Shown here: piece by piece, positions 1 through 29,400 of the stretch
Position numbering within the stretch: position 1 is the stretch's first letter
Layout: each line of letters starts with the position of its first letter
Assembly: GCF_964355755.1 (NCBI RefSeq)
Contig: NC_092674.1
Location: 25,172,001-25,236,000, forward strand
Direction of reading: 5' to 3'
Origin: Antedon mediterranea
Taxonomy: Eukaryota; Animalia; Echinodermata
DNA length: 64,000 nt
Notes under the pieces: generated by a model
What the model was told of the DNA's origin: nothing
The model's input: the letters and a program-made list of their open reading frames with translations, nothing else
The model's database searches: none
Translations under genes and position numbers: made by a program

Positions 1-290
1 GTTATATTACTATAACTACAACATAATATTTAATAACAACACTACGCGAAATATACAAATAGATATGGTAGATACAAAATATATTTCAATGATTACTTTA
101 GTAGAAATAATTCTATGAGTTTGCCCTACTTTTGTAATGGCTTCTTGCTTTATTTTGTTATTAAAAGCAGGCATGCATGATTTGAATATACTAGTAAATT
201 AGCAAAACAGTGCTGGGCTAGCCTAAATTGCCAGTTAGTTGGATTATCCATGATACTAAATTTGGGAAAGTGAGGAAGAGTTGAGAATGA

Positions 291-452
291 TTTTTAGAAA
301 GTTAGGGAGTTTAGGATTGATTTTTAGAAAGTTAGGGAGTTTAGGATTGATTTTTAGAAAGTTAGGGAGTTTAGGATTGATTTTTAGAAAGTTAGGGAGT
401 TTAGGATTGATTTTTAGAAAGTTAGGGAGTTTAGGATTGATTTTTAGAAAGT
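291..452. repeat. 30-bp minisatellite, 5 perfect copies plus a partial copy
   Basis: TTTTTAGAAAGTTAGGGAGTTTAGGATTGA starts at 291, 321, 351, 381 and 411. Confidence 0.95.
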
Positions 453-1233
453 AAGGGACCAGTTTTCAGTTATACAGTAGTGAACCTATGAAGAATTATA
501 GAAACAGATTTGGGAAAGTATGAGAGAGTTTCTTGTTAAGGTATGTGTATGGAGAATAATAGGAACAAATTTGGAAAGGTAAAGAGAAAGTTGCCAGTTC
601 ACAGAGCGTGGGAAAAGATGGGATAGATCCTTGGGAAGCTCATACCCACTTTATAGTATACAACATTCAGGATTACCCTAAAATGTATACGTCATCAGGA
701 TTCCACACCTACAGTGACGTATCTAAGTTTTTGTTGTAATTTTATAGTAATAGAGAAAATAGTGATTATCAAATTATATTACCATGATACATGGCACTCT
801 AACCCTACTAAAACTAGTATACAATAAATACACCTTTTTCTAACCCATAATATCCTGATTATAGTTAAATCAAGAATTAAAATTAATTCAAGACACTCAT
901 TTGTGAGGTAGATGCTTGCGTCATACATTTTAAAAAGCTAGATTGTAATTTGAAAAATGATCTCTAGAATATAAATTTGGTGACATTTAAATTGTTCACA
1001 TCTGTGCACATACAGTATATGTGACATAACATTTAACATAGTCATATAAAAATACATACACAGACTGTATATAATTGCTTACTATATTTATAACATGATG
1101 ATGTCATATCACTACTATATTCGGGCATATCAACACCATATCACCCTTTTTTTTTCCAAACTAGTTTGATAGTGTAAACAGAGCTTTAAAGTTATAATAG
1201 TTGTTTTTTCCAGAATTGAACTACTACAAATAA

Positions 1234-17376
<16,143 letters not shown>

Positions 17377-18065
17377 GGTATCCGTATAATTGACGAAGGG
17401 CCTAGCCAGTGTATCAAAGATCAAAGATTGTCTGTATCTAAGTTAATCAACTTAGCTACAGGGTGCTATATAAGGTTTATTTTGAGTTGTTAAGAACAAA
17501 TTTGTGTTAGCATCTCCTGCATAACAATCTTGAGTAATCGTCAAAATCCTTTGCCTGGCTCAAAATATCTGTTTTCCATGTCTTGTTTTTAGAAATTATT
17601 TTAAAAACCAAAACAAAACTATTTTAGACGTCGACGTTGGGGGAGTTGACTATTGACCATATGATGGCATTATTCTTAGGTTATTGTCGTTTGTGTAACT
17701 AAAAATAATTAAAAGTTGTTTAATATTTGCTCCTAACAGTATACTGTATGCAATTTGTTGGGTTAAATACAATTTTGTAACTCGGAATCTATTTGTACTG
17801 AAGAATGAATGTTATGCTGTTAGGGAGCTTTCAGGTTGGCTACAACTAACCACCTATGACCTATGCATTGATGTGTCGGTCATCGAGCAATAAACTGACG
17901 AAGAAAGTCCTAACTGTTCCAACATGCATGCGATGGATTGACATGACCTAAATGGAAATCTCCTTTATATAAACAGCTTTATATAGTGGGTCAAAATGAG
18001 GTCAATTATCATAGTTTTGTGTTATATTGAATAAGTGCTCGTCTATTTTTTTTATATCTGCTGGC

Positions 18066-18226
18066 CAGTGGCGTAACAGCTATGATCGCTCACTGGCTAA
18101 ACCCATAGGCCCCGGAGCTTATGGGGACCCCTGAGCAGTGCCCGGAGGAAGAAAGACATTAAAATATGTCGAAAAGGGCCAAAAAACGCCTTCAGCGTTG
18201 GAGGGCCACTCTGCGTTACGCCATTG
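18066..18226. mobile_element. hAT-type MITE downstream of the MAP4K4 stop codon (possibly in the 3' UTR)
   Basis: TIR CAGTGGCGTAAC / GTTACGCCATTG with a perfect 8-bp TSD CTGCTGGC (18058-18065 and 18227-18234). Confidence 0.9.
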
Positions 18227-18839
18227 CTGCTGGCGTAAAAAAAAACAACATATTTAATAACAATCGTTTACTAATTGTTAATTTCAGTAGAAATGGGTTC
18301 ATACAAAAATTGATTCATTTTATTCTGTTTTTAATGCCTAAAAATGTACAGTTTTTACCCTGTAACTTTTGTTTTGTAAATAATTTTTTTTATGTTGGTT
18401 TCAACATGGCAACATGTGGCATATTTAGACCATAATTCGTAATATTGCTGAAAAATATTTTTGTTGAAACTTGATAATTATGGTTTTTTTATTTTGTGGA
18501 ATTACACATAAAATATGATATTTACCATAATATCCAAAGCTAATTTTGTATCAATTCATCCCTATTTTAATAGTCTTCCTTGAGGTATGGTAAATAATTG
18601 TTATTTTAAAGGTCTGATTTTGATAGCAATTTATATTAACTTTGTTGATTATATTGTATTTAATCATAAGAACTTGTACACTAGCACAAGACGTATTTGT
18701 GTTTTGATGGTAACTCATTTGAACAACTCTTGTTGTGAATATTAGGAATTTTATCAATGTTTACAAAATGTGTTTGTGATGGTTGATTGGTTAACACATG
18801 TTTTTGCTCTGTGATCGATACATTGGTTGGTTTTTTTCG

Positions 18840-19200
18840 TGACTTACTGATCGATTGATCAACTTATTTACTGATCGATTTATTTGTTGATAGATCAATT
18901 TATTAATTGATCGATTGATTTATTGATAGAATGATTATTTATCGATACTGATAGATCCGATTTATTTATCGATCGATTGAATATTTATCGATACTTATAG
19001 ATCGATTATTAATTGATCGATTGATTTATTGATCGATTGATTATTTATCGATTGATGTACTGATCGATTTATTTATCGATCGATTGATTATTTATCGATT
19101 GATGTGCTAATCGATTGATTTATTGATCGATTTATTATTCATCGATCGACTTATTTGCTATCGATTGATTTAGTGAACGATTGATTGATTTACTTTACGT
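18840..19200. repeat. Degenerate ATCGAT/ATTGAT-rich minisatellite
   Basis: Many TTTATTGATCGATTGA-like units. Confidence 0.85.
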
Positions 19201-19799
19201 ATTAATATGTTTGATCAATTGCATGATCAAATCAGGAAAAAATCAAAACCGTTTAGATAATTTAATAACATCTTAATAGGTTGTTTTGTAATTATGTTTT
19301 ATATATAAAAGATACAATTTCCCTGTAGTCGTACCGCTTCCATTTCTGTAACTAAATTCTAAGCTGAACCCCCAGCCATCCCCAAATCTTCTTCTCTATA
19401 CTTAATATTTGGTTATTAAATGTGATTATATTAACATTCTCGGAGATAAAATAGCGCCTTTGATGAATTTAAACAGTAATTTTTACATTGTTCTATATGC
19501 ACCGATATTCCTCCAAAATCTGTTTTTTTTTATTCTGTGCCATTTTATAAACCATAGTTTGGATATTATTTTATTGGCCTCTTTCTATAATAATGTTACT
19601 TCAATTTTATCTTGGTTTACAATATTTTATGATTTGTTATGGAACGTAAATAATTTTAATTAGTTGGTTGATCAAGTGATCGATATATTGATAAAGTGAT
19701 GGATGATTGATTGATTATAAGTGTGATCGAATAATTATGGGAATTACCGACTTTGTATTAGACTAATGTTTGTACGATCAAACAATTATTGATTGATAT

Positions 19800-20027
19800 A
19801 TTGACTAAGAATCGATCGAATACTGTAGTTATTGACCAATTTATTGACTAAAAATCGTTCGAATAGTTGTTGAACACTTTAGTGACTCTCGGAAGCGATC
19901 GAATAGTTATTGAACGACTTAATTGACTTTCGGAATCGATCGAATAGTTATTGAACACTTTATTGACTCTCGGAATCGATCGAATAGTTATTGAACGACT
20001 ATCGACTATCGGAATCGATCAAATAGT
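19800..20027. repeat. ~39-bp minisatellite with GAATCGATCGAATAGTTATTGAAC core
   Basis: About 5-6 copies. Confidence 0.85.
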
Positions 20028-21239
20028 GAGAGATTTTCTACACAATTGGGTCGTACCATTTTGAAGATATCCGTGTGTAAAAAAAAACAGGCATGGTTAA
20101 AAAAAAGTAAATAGAGGCTGTGTAAATTTTATGGAATCGTAGGAGTACAATGTATATGGTTAGATACCCTGTTTTGCATTGATATAGAAATGCGTTGTAA
20201 ATAAAACAAAATAAAAACTGTTAGGCTATGTATAACGAATTATTACAGATTCTAACATTTTAATGTTTGCTATTGTAATTAAAAACAATACTTTTATTAA
20301 CAATAAGATTAACTATTGTAATAAAATTATTATTTTATTATTGACAATATAAATTTATTATTATTATTGTTGTTTCATATTATGTGCCGTATTGATACAC
20401 TTTATTTATTTTATTATAAATATTGATTGACTTGATATCAGCCTAAACAGTATGTAATGTATTTTTTAAAATGTTAGTATGAACATTTTTAGTATAAAGA
20501 GAATCGTGAGTTTACCCAAGTTTGTTTATTTCTTTTTAAAATGAGTTTTAGACATTTTGTACAACGAACGTTTGAGTTGTCTGCAACACATTTTAAAAAC
20601 CATTTACCCGTTTGTTTTAGTTTGTTATTTTCGTTGTTAATTCCACGAAAGAGAGACAAATGTTGGCGCATGCGTGCTAAAGGTTACACGTGACTATTAC
20701 GCGCGTCTTAAATTGTTTGTGGTTTCTCACTATTTTGTTTAATTTATTTTTTTATACATTCATGCAACGTTATAACCTTCACAAACCGATTGTCTGCCAA
20801 CTACGTCTGGTTTTAGAGGCTATTATTGCCCACAACGTGCAATTTAATTTTTTTTTTATGGTAATGCTATTTGTTTTCAGTTTTTGTTAATATTATATAT
20901 ATAGGTTGTATAGTAAAGTTTTAAAATAAACTTGTCTTTCGATTATATAGTATAATTAATGTAATTATGCAAAATAGTCAAGTCATTAATGAGCATTTAT
21001 GTTATTTTTTATTAGCCACGTTAATCATTTTTTTTTAGTTATGGACACGAAGTATGTAAAATTAAAAATATATACACCACTGATAGTTCAGCCTACGTTT
21101 TGTTTTATTACTGTCTATTTGTTTCTAGAACGCGGAGAAAATACAATGTAACAAAGCAAACATTGTATTGACTAATTGTTTTTAGTGGACTGTCTTTCAC
21201 AACCTTTGCTTTTGTATCTTTTTATTTTTCCCCTCTTAA

Positions 21240-21731
21240 GGGTCTTTCACACCGGAACCGTGCCGGAGCAGGTGTGAAAGGCCCTTAAGCGTGGTTCCCA
21301 CTAGCGACGCAACACAAGGACGTAACGCAACGCAAGTGAATTGACCAATCACAAGCGATGGCTTATTCGCTTGTGATTGCTAACCGTCTATAACTTCGCT
21401 TGTCATTGGTTAAAACGCTTGCGTTGCGTTTACGTCCTTGCGTTACGTTCTAGTGGGAACCAAGCTTTAGTTACTCACATTATTGTACTTTATTATTTTT
21501 ATGAGTTTTAAAAGAAAAAATAAATGTTACTTTTTGGCTTAAGCGTGGTTCCCACTAAGACGCAACGCAAACTAGTTGACCAATGACAAACGACAGATCG
21601 AATAATCCATTGTTTGTAATTGGTCAAATCACTTATGTTGTGCATACTCCCTTGCGTTGCGTCCTAGTGCGAACCAAGCTTTAACGATGCGCAGACGTCC
21701 TTGCGTGGCGTCCTAGTGGGAACTAAACTTT
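21240..21731. mobile_element. Cluster of palindromic MITEs
   Basis: Mini element GGGTCTTTCACACC...GGTGTGAAAGGCCC (21240-21284). Then AGCGTGGTTCCCACTAG...CTAGTGGGAACCAAGCT copies at ~21288-21466 and ~21542-21681, and a right end at ~21697-21730. Another right end lies at ~62535-62566. Confidence 0.85.
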
Positions 21732-23416
21732 ATGAAGGTATAACTGGGATTGTGCAGGTGAAGTGTCATAGCCAACAGTATGTGCACAAATATGTACATT
21801 CAATTTAAAAAAAGAACCAATGAAAATACATGTTCAGTAATGCGCATGTCCAATTTGAAACATTTAAATACGTTACGTCAGTCTTTCTTGTAAGAATGTA
21901 TAGGAACTATACATATTTAAATACGTTACGTTGGTATGTGTTGCTCAATGGTATGTGAGCAGGCGTTGAATTTTCTCCCCGTTAAGAAGTAGGTGTTTCA
22001 ATGTCTTATCATGGAGGTCGTCTTATATACAATAAGGAAGATTGATATAAAATGTTTTTGATTTATACTATTACGACGGGAATTGTTTGTCTGTCTTATG
22101 ATTATTATTATGGGAATTTATTTGCTCTTCTTGTTTGCGAGATGTAGAAATTATCAACATTTAAATACGTTACGTCAATGTGTATCTCAATGAAATGTGT
22201 ACCGGCGTTGAATTTTCGCCGTTAAAGAAGATTTTTTCTTATGACTTTCTTATACACAATGGAGATTGGTATAAAATGCCTTGGAATATATCCGTATGAA
22301 TTTACTAACGGAATAGTTTGTTTACGCATCATGGGTTGCTTTGTGGAATAGGTGTTCATTATCGAGGAATTTATACAAGGTTAGTGTCAAACAAATTGCT
22401 ATTTATTTTTTATAGACTTATGGCTAAATATAAGATTTTTTACGTCTATGAGATGAGCGCTCACTGACTTAACTTAGGGGCCCGAAGCTTATGGTCCCAG
22501 ATTTGTTTAATTTTAGCCACATCTGTAGTCAAAGTTGGATAATGGCAAAATTACGAACACGCATTTGTACACTTGTTTTTGCACACACTGTCTTGTTTAA
22601 AGTAACATTAGGCATTGCTTTTGTTTTGATAGCTCAAACAGGTCGGTGCCTTTTTTAGATTTTTGCTTCGATTCTTGAATTCTTCCATCGTGAATGTATG
22701 TAGTGTTTCACAGAGTATGTTTAGTAAAATGTCTGAGGTTCAGAATCGTTTGATTGAGACGTTCTGTTACCTAATCACGCATGCGCAAAATAAAAAATGA
22801 AAACAAATTGTCTGTATGCGCTATAATTTTCAAGCATGTTTATTATCATCAATGCCTATTAATATATTATACACAATATGGCTATATCAACGAAATTTAC
22901 TTTTACTAATTCAATACTACAATTTTTAAATAAAATAAAACATCAATACTCTAGCCTATATGCTGTATCTTGGTACCATAGTTTATTAGTCCTTTTCAGC
23001 GTCTATATACACTATTTGAAGGTCATCAGACCATCTTTCAATCTTTGTATACTCCACTAACCCACTGATTTATTCAATCTCCAGTAACTGAAATATTTTG
23101 TCCTACGTGATTCTTCTCAGTAAATCTGGTATATTATTTTAAAACATGTGACCACATATATGTCACTTCTAGAGCCTAGTAACTTAAACCTTCCTTCAGC
23201 TAAAGTTTTTGTCGATTCATTAACCAAAGTTTTTGGTAACTAGATTCCACTTCAAGTATAGGTATATTTTTATTTCGGACGTTGAATCGCCGTCGTTGGA
23301 TCCACACTACATAATGTATATTAATCAATTATGAATTAATTAGTAATTTAATTTAACTACAGCAAAAGTTAGAATTTAGAACACTCCATTGCTTTGAAAA
23401 GCAATTGTATTTACAT

Positions 23417-26400
23417 TTATTTTAGTTCCTGGTATGTTTTCATATAACACAGGGCGATGTCGTAGCAAAAGTTGTACTGGACCTAGAATACAAACAAAAA
23501 CACAATAATTTATACAAACAATTTTGCAATAACAACATGTCAGAACGTATTATCCTACAGACTGTAGCAAATAAAAACTTACCTCGGAGTCCACCATAGT
23601 AGGACATGTTGACCGCAGTGCTTTAAGTGTTTGAAATACATCCACTACCTTTTCATCTTGCATTTCCTGAATCACTGTATAAACTAGGCAGAATAATCCA
23701 GATCTACAAACACCGTCTCTGAACAAGGAGAGATACATTCCATAATTTGTTTTTCTAAAAAACACTAGCATCTAAAACAAAATCATCGTATAACAGTAAA
23801 ACAAGTGATATTGCTCACTTTTTCTAATTTTTGTTGAAATTATATATAGAAATGATTCCACGAAAGACATTGCTTACCATGGCGTTGCAGGCCTATAGTC
23901 GGGTCAAAATATGAAAATATAGGGCCTAACCCCCAAAAAAGATTTTTTTTTGATGAATTACAATAAAATATGGTCTCAAAAAACATACATCAAAGTTTAC
24001 TCAAATCGGACTACAGCAAAGGTTCAAAATTTCACGTTAAAAAAGATGGCCGCCAATTTTTAAAAATGGGTAACCGCTTGTAGTAGCTGTATTTGGTGTC
24101 AAATTGTTCAAAATATATGTTTATATTTACACTTTTTACACCAAAAAATTTTGAACATACATATTTACCCTTTTTAAACATTTTGTTGAAACATGACTAT
24201 AAATTCCATTTTGTGACCTTTGACCCATATATGGCATAAAAAAAATGTTCATATCCACGTCACTAAAAATTACAGAGTCTTGATATTGGTGTTTGTTTCG
24301 ATATTCAAACTGATAAAAACTCGTGAACTCAGATTGACTTGAATAGTGGATTTATTGTGTCCCAACTGATTATCTCAAGTAGGTTGTTCGAACCTATCAA
24401 TAAAAATACAATACTATACGTAAATCCTAGAACGTTTAACTCAGTAACAAATGTATAATCTAAGCTATTTATAATTAAAATTAAAGTTCAGCTCATGATC
24501 AAAGTGTATACGCAAACTTACACTTTTCGACATCCAAAACTCAACTCAAATTACTCAACAGCTTGAACATTGAAATGTTAAATATCACCTAAAAAAAACA
24601 CAAGAACGTTTATACATGTTAAATCATTCCGTAAAATTGTAAGCTCAAAACTAATAAAAGTAGATCAAATCAAAGTAATAAAATCTCTCCTTATCTTTCT
24701 ACACTCAAAAACTTCTAACCACAAAATACCATTAATCAGGGATCAACATTCACGAGCCGAACCCCAACCTCAGCACAATAGAAACTCAAAATGATATCAA
24801 TCCGCGTTATGTACTTGTACAGAACATTACTAACATTTTACTCTTACATTAATACACGGATAGAATATAGTTCCAATAATATAATGTTCTTAAACATCTA
24901 CAACTAACATGCATTACTAATACATATGCCGTATCATTCAATCCACAACTTAGTTCAACCATAAGCTATAATGTTGATTAAGTAATTAAACATACAGTCA
25001 ACTCTCTTTCAAACTTTAAGTTCACTAACTATCTATACTGTTACCGTATTTATAGACTATGATTTCGGCATTTAAATCGTTCTAATATAACTAATACTTT
25101 TATAATCACGTTTAATACAATAAAATAGATTAACTCACCGATCGTTTCTTAAAATACTCTTAAACAACGGCGTTAATTTACTCAATTATTTCTCTTAATG
25201 TTTTCACGTTTTCTCAGAAAAGTATGCAGTCTTCTCACGTGTATTACTGTAAAACCACAACTTTGTAGAGGGCGTTAATTCCTTTCTCTAACGAAACAGT
25301 GTTAAAATGTTCAAAACATACATATTTATATTTACTGTTCTTATACACTTTGTTGAAAAAAAATCGAAAACAAAGATACTAATTGATATTCTTCTTTATT
25401 CTGGTTATACCTACCTGCAATGAACAGTGATTGGTGATAATGTGACATCTGATCTCTGCATTATTGTCATAATGAATTTAACAAATGCATCAACTTCGGG
25501 AACAGGTTCGTGTTTTGGCCATTGGTGAACCTCGTACAGAATGATTCGTCGTTCTGATTTAGCCTTAAAGAAAATATAACTAGTATTATTTAATTATTTG
25601 TACCGGTATATAGTGGACCGCCATCACCTAATGAGTCAATACTATATAAATCGAAAATTTCATTGCATGTTGGATGACATCTTCTGACTAAACACAAAGA
25701 AAAAACAACCTTTTCTATAATGATTTTTTTCTTGGTCAAAATTTCGTACTGATGCGTTGACTTGACAGTGACGGTAAATTCACCAAATGTCCTTCTTTGG
25801 TTGATCTCATTTGGGAAGTACACTGTACTCGTCAGATCTTCCATCTCATTTAGTTGTACAATGACGTCAGATTTATAGTCAAATATCAAACGCCAGAAAT
25901 CGACACTAGTGTCATCAGCCAATGGGGTCCGCGTAACGATATAAGCACAATTCTCCTTGCAATGCTAAGAAATAAAATGAGTAAAAAGCATAACAGTTAT
26001 TATGCAATCTATGCATATTGTAAGAGAAAATATTTTGTATCATTTGAAGCGTAATAAAAAATATCTTGGTCATATGTATTTACCTCAATAAACGAAGCGT
26101 TAACATCATCATCACTGTTAACTTCTGTACTGAAGCAATCCTTTGTTACTAAAACATGAAAATACTTATTAGTAACCACGATCAGAGATCTTACATCACC
26201 TCTATATATAATCCACAGCATTGTCATTTTTCAGCAATTTGCCTTTATATATATATATATATGTACCTGCTCCCTAGCAGTTAGTTGTCATCCCCGACAC
26301 TGTACTAAAAACATACCGTACAGTCAGGCATTACGTCTCAGACGTATCTGTTCTTCATATTTAGATCTTCAGAATCATACCGAAGAACTAACCGGACATC

Positions 26401-29400
26401 TCCGGAATAGAAATTACAAGAAGGAATACATTGAAACTGCTATAAAGAAAGCAAAATATATTCCTCGATGTCAAACACTGACGTACAAACCACGTCAGCA
26501 AAATTCGACCAGAGTGCCATTGATCACAACCTATCACCCTAGGTTGCCTCCAATACGGGCTATTATTGAGAAACATATGCCCATTCTACAGTCCACATAA
26601 CGTCTCAGGACTGTTTTTCCGGAACCACCCATTATTGCATTTCGTAGACCTCCCAACCTTCGTGATATATTAGTCAGATCCAGTGGTGGCGCCAGCGGGG
26701 GGGCTACGGGGGCTCTAGCCCCCTCGTCGGGGAGCCTAGCCCCCCCCCCCGTCGGGGAACACGGGTACTTTTTGTCGGGGAATATAATATACAGTAAAAA
26801 ACGTTCGCGTTCACTTCATATAGCTTGTTCAGCGCCTAGAAAACCACGACGTTCCATTGACCGTGAGAGTACGTCAGAGGGCTATTATGCACTTTTATGC
26901 ATTCATTTATTGCCAGCGATCTAACTTACTACTAAACATTTAGCGCACTTGTCTGGCGGTATCCCTTTGTACGAATCGTTCAACGTTGAGTCAAGACGCG
27001 TGATATCAAGTTCCATCCAGGGACCAAAATGTGTAATGTAGTTATTTTCCAGGCGAAGTTTACCGAGGGTTACCGAAGGGAACACGGGTACTTTTTGTCG
27101 GGGAATATAATATACAGTAAAAAGCGTTCGCGTTTACTTCGTAGCTAGCTTCAGCGCCTAGAAAACCGCGACGTTTCATTGACCGTGAGAGTACGTCAGA
27201 GTCATATTATGCACTTTATATGCATTCATTATTGCCAGCGATCTAACTTACTACTAAACAATAGCTAGGTTCGCACTTGTCTGGCGGTATCCCTTTGTAC
27301 GAATCGTTCAACGTTGGGTCGAGACGCGTGATATCATGTTCCATCCAGGGACCAAAATGTCTACTGTAGTTATTTTCCATGCGAAGTTTACTGACGGTTA
27401 CATCGTGTACTGCGTCGACGTACGCTACACTACAGCAAAAACGAATTATGTTAATTTTTCGTATGTTCACCAATTTTTTAATTTACAGGTAACCTTCTGT
27501 ACCGTGGGGCACCTAAAATAAATTTTTCATCCATTACTAAACAAAAAAACATGCCATTTTCGCTTAGCCAACATCTTATTATAGCTAAGTTATTACATTT
27601 TCAATGTCCTGTAATGTCATGAATTTCTCACCACTCGGAAGTCCAGATGGTACGCACGCATACACTTGGGAGGAATAAACTTATTTCCCCGACTGAAAAA
27701 GGTCTACGCTTGCGTTTTTTAAGCCTCTAGGCCTGATGTTTCCGAAGTATAAAATGCAATTTTTTGAAGACCTGTAGCTCTAGTTTTAAACAGTTTCTTA
27801 GCTCAGCCCCAACAATAAAGCTGGTCATATTTCGAAGTACAAGAAGTGCATTTTCCGGGACCTAACATCTCTATTTTTCAAACATTTCTTAGCTCAGTCA
27901 CAACCTTGATAGGGACTTATATATTTTGTTTCATGTTTTGAAGTATAATAAGTCCAATTTCCGGGACCTCCAACTCTATTTTTCAAAATTTTCTTTGAAC
28001 TTTTATTTTTTAAATTGAAAAATATGGATTGAAACAGTCATCGCGCATCGTTTTTTTGCACGCAGTATTTTATTTATGTATTATAAAAAAATGGAAAAAA
28101 TGGCTACCCTAAATCTGATTAAAATGACCTCAAATGACGCTAGAACGCGTTGCTTCCGGGGGCTTCGCCCCCTGGACCCCCACCGGGGGCCCTTGGCGGC
28201 CCTCTGGCCCCCAGCCTAGTGATGCTCGCATAGCCCCCTCGTCGGGGAATGTAGCCCCCGCGTCGGGAAGATCCTGGCGCCACCCCTGGTCAGATCCAAA
28301 TTTAAGAGTGAAATTAACTCTCATGACAGCCAACATTTGGGCAGTCACCTATGCGGCAAAACTTGTTCATTGATGATTCTACTGAAAAATGTAAAGAGTA
28401 ACCAAACTGGCCGCATTTTTCGGATAAGACAATCAATTAATTGTCTAACCAAAAACGTAACAAAAAACACTCTCCGTATGAGAAAGACATAACACAGATA
28501 AGCTATCAAAACATTAAAGCTTGATCAACCTGTAGCCGAACATTTTAATTTAGGTAGTCACTCGATTGCAAATTTCAGAGTTATTGCAATAGACCACGAT
28601 GTCAAATGGAGCAACAAAACTCGCAAAGACAAAGAAAACCACTGGGAATTACAACTTAAAGCCACAAAACCGTTTGGACTTAACATTAGAAAAATACTCC
28701 CAGATCGGTCAAATTATTCCATTGACTACCAACATTTTAGTTGTATTTCTTTTATTCCGTCCACCCAGGCAACACTTGCCAGTTCTTATACTATGACGTT
28801 ATCCAAATTCCTTCACTTGCTCTGATGAAGGGTTAGTGTTGCCCGAAAGCTCTTCTAACTTTTCTGGTTGTTTTAAATTATCGTTTTGATTTAGCTTTCG
28901 CTTTTTTTTGTATCTCCATTGAGATCCAGCCACTGATACCCACAGAATTTTTTCAGTAATTTGACTTTGGATTTATATATATATATATATATATATATTA
29001 TTTTAAGCATTTAATAGCCTACTTTCCAAAAACATAGATTTATTTAACTTACAAAACAAAACATCTTGAGATTTGTTTCCATCTTGTCGTGTGTGTCCAT
29101 GTGACGTAAGACAATCCATAGGAGGTGGAAACAAGCTGTTTAAAGTCTAGTTAAAAACAATGCCCAATAATTAAGTTATTTTATTTTTGTATTTTGTTTT
29201 TATTTAGATGAATTTAAATACGATTTAAAGTAAATTATTATTACCCTTAGTTGGTATTCAAAAATTGAAGAAGTTTTCAATTTGTGGTTTTGTATTATTT
29301 TTTGTATGTCACCCACGGGAATCACAGTCTGCCCACAGAACAACTCTTCAAGTAGAACTGCATAGATAAATGCATACTGCTCCTATAATACAAAAGAAAG

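Larger units (their letters stand above)
26263..28973 (+). mobile_element. 5'-truncated Penelope-like retroelement (RT C-terminus plus GIY-YIG endonuclease relic), antisense in a gene A intron
   Basis: Broken frames read KNIPYSQALRLRRICS, RVPLITTYHPRLPPIRAIIEKHMPILQ...VFPEPPIIAFRRPPNLRDILVRS and, after the nested insertion, PVAEHFNLGSHSIANFRVIAID...WELQLKATKPFGLN. A hammerhead-like core lies at 28822-28852. Both sides are flanked by (TA)n. Confidence 0.88.

Noticed and set aside
291-452. TTAGGG-containing repeat as interstitial telomere or CRISPR array
   Set aside because: It has a single TTAGGG per 30-bp unit, identical head-to-tail units with no spacers, and a eukaryotic intron context.
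24300-25260. Compositionally distinct A/C-rich intronic segment
   Set aside because: No ORF, termini or repeat unit could be defined; it is probably an old TE remnant.
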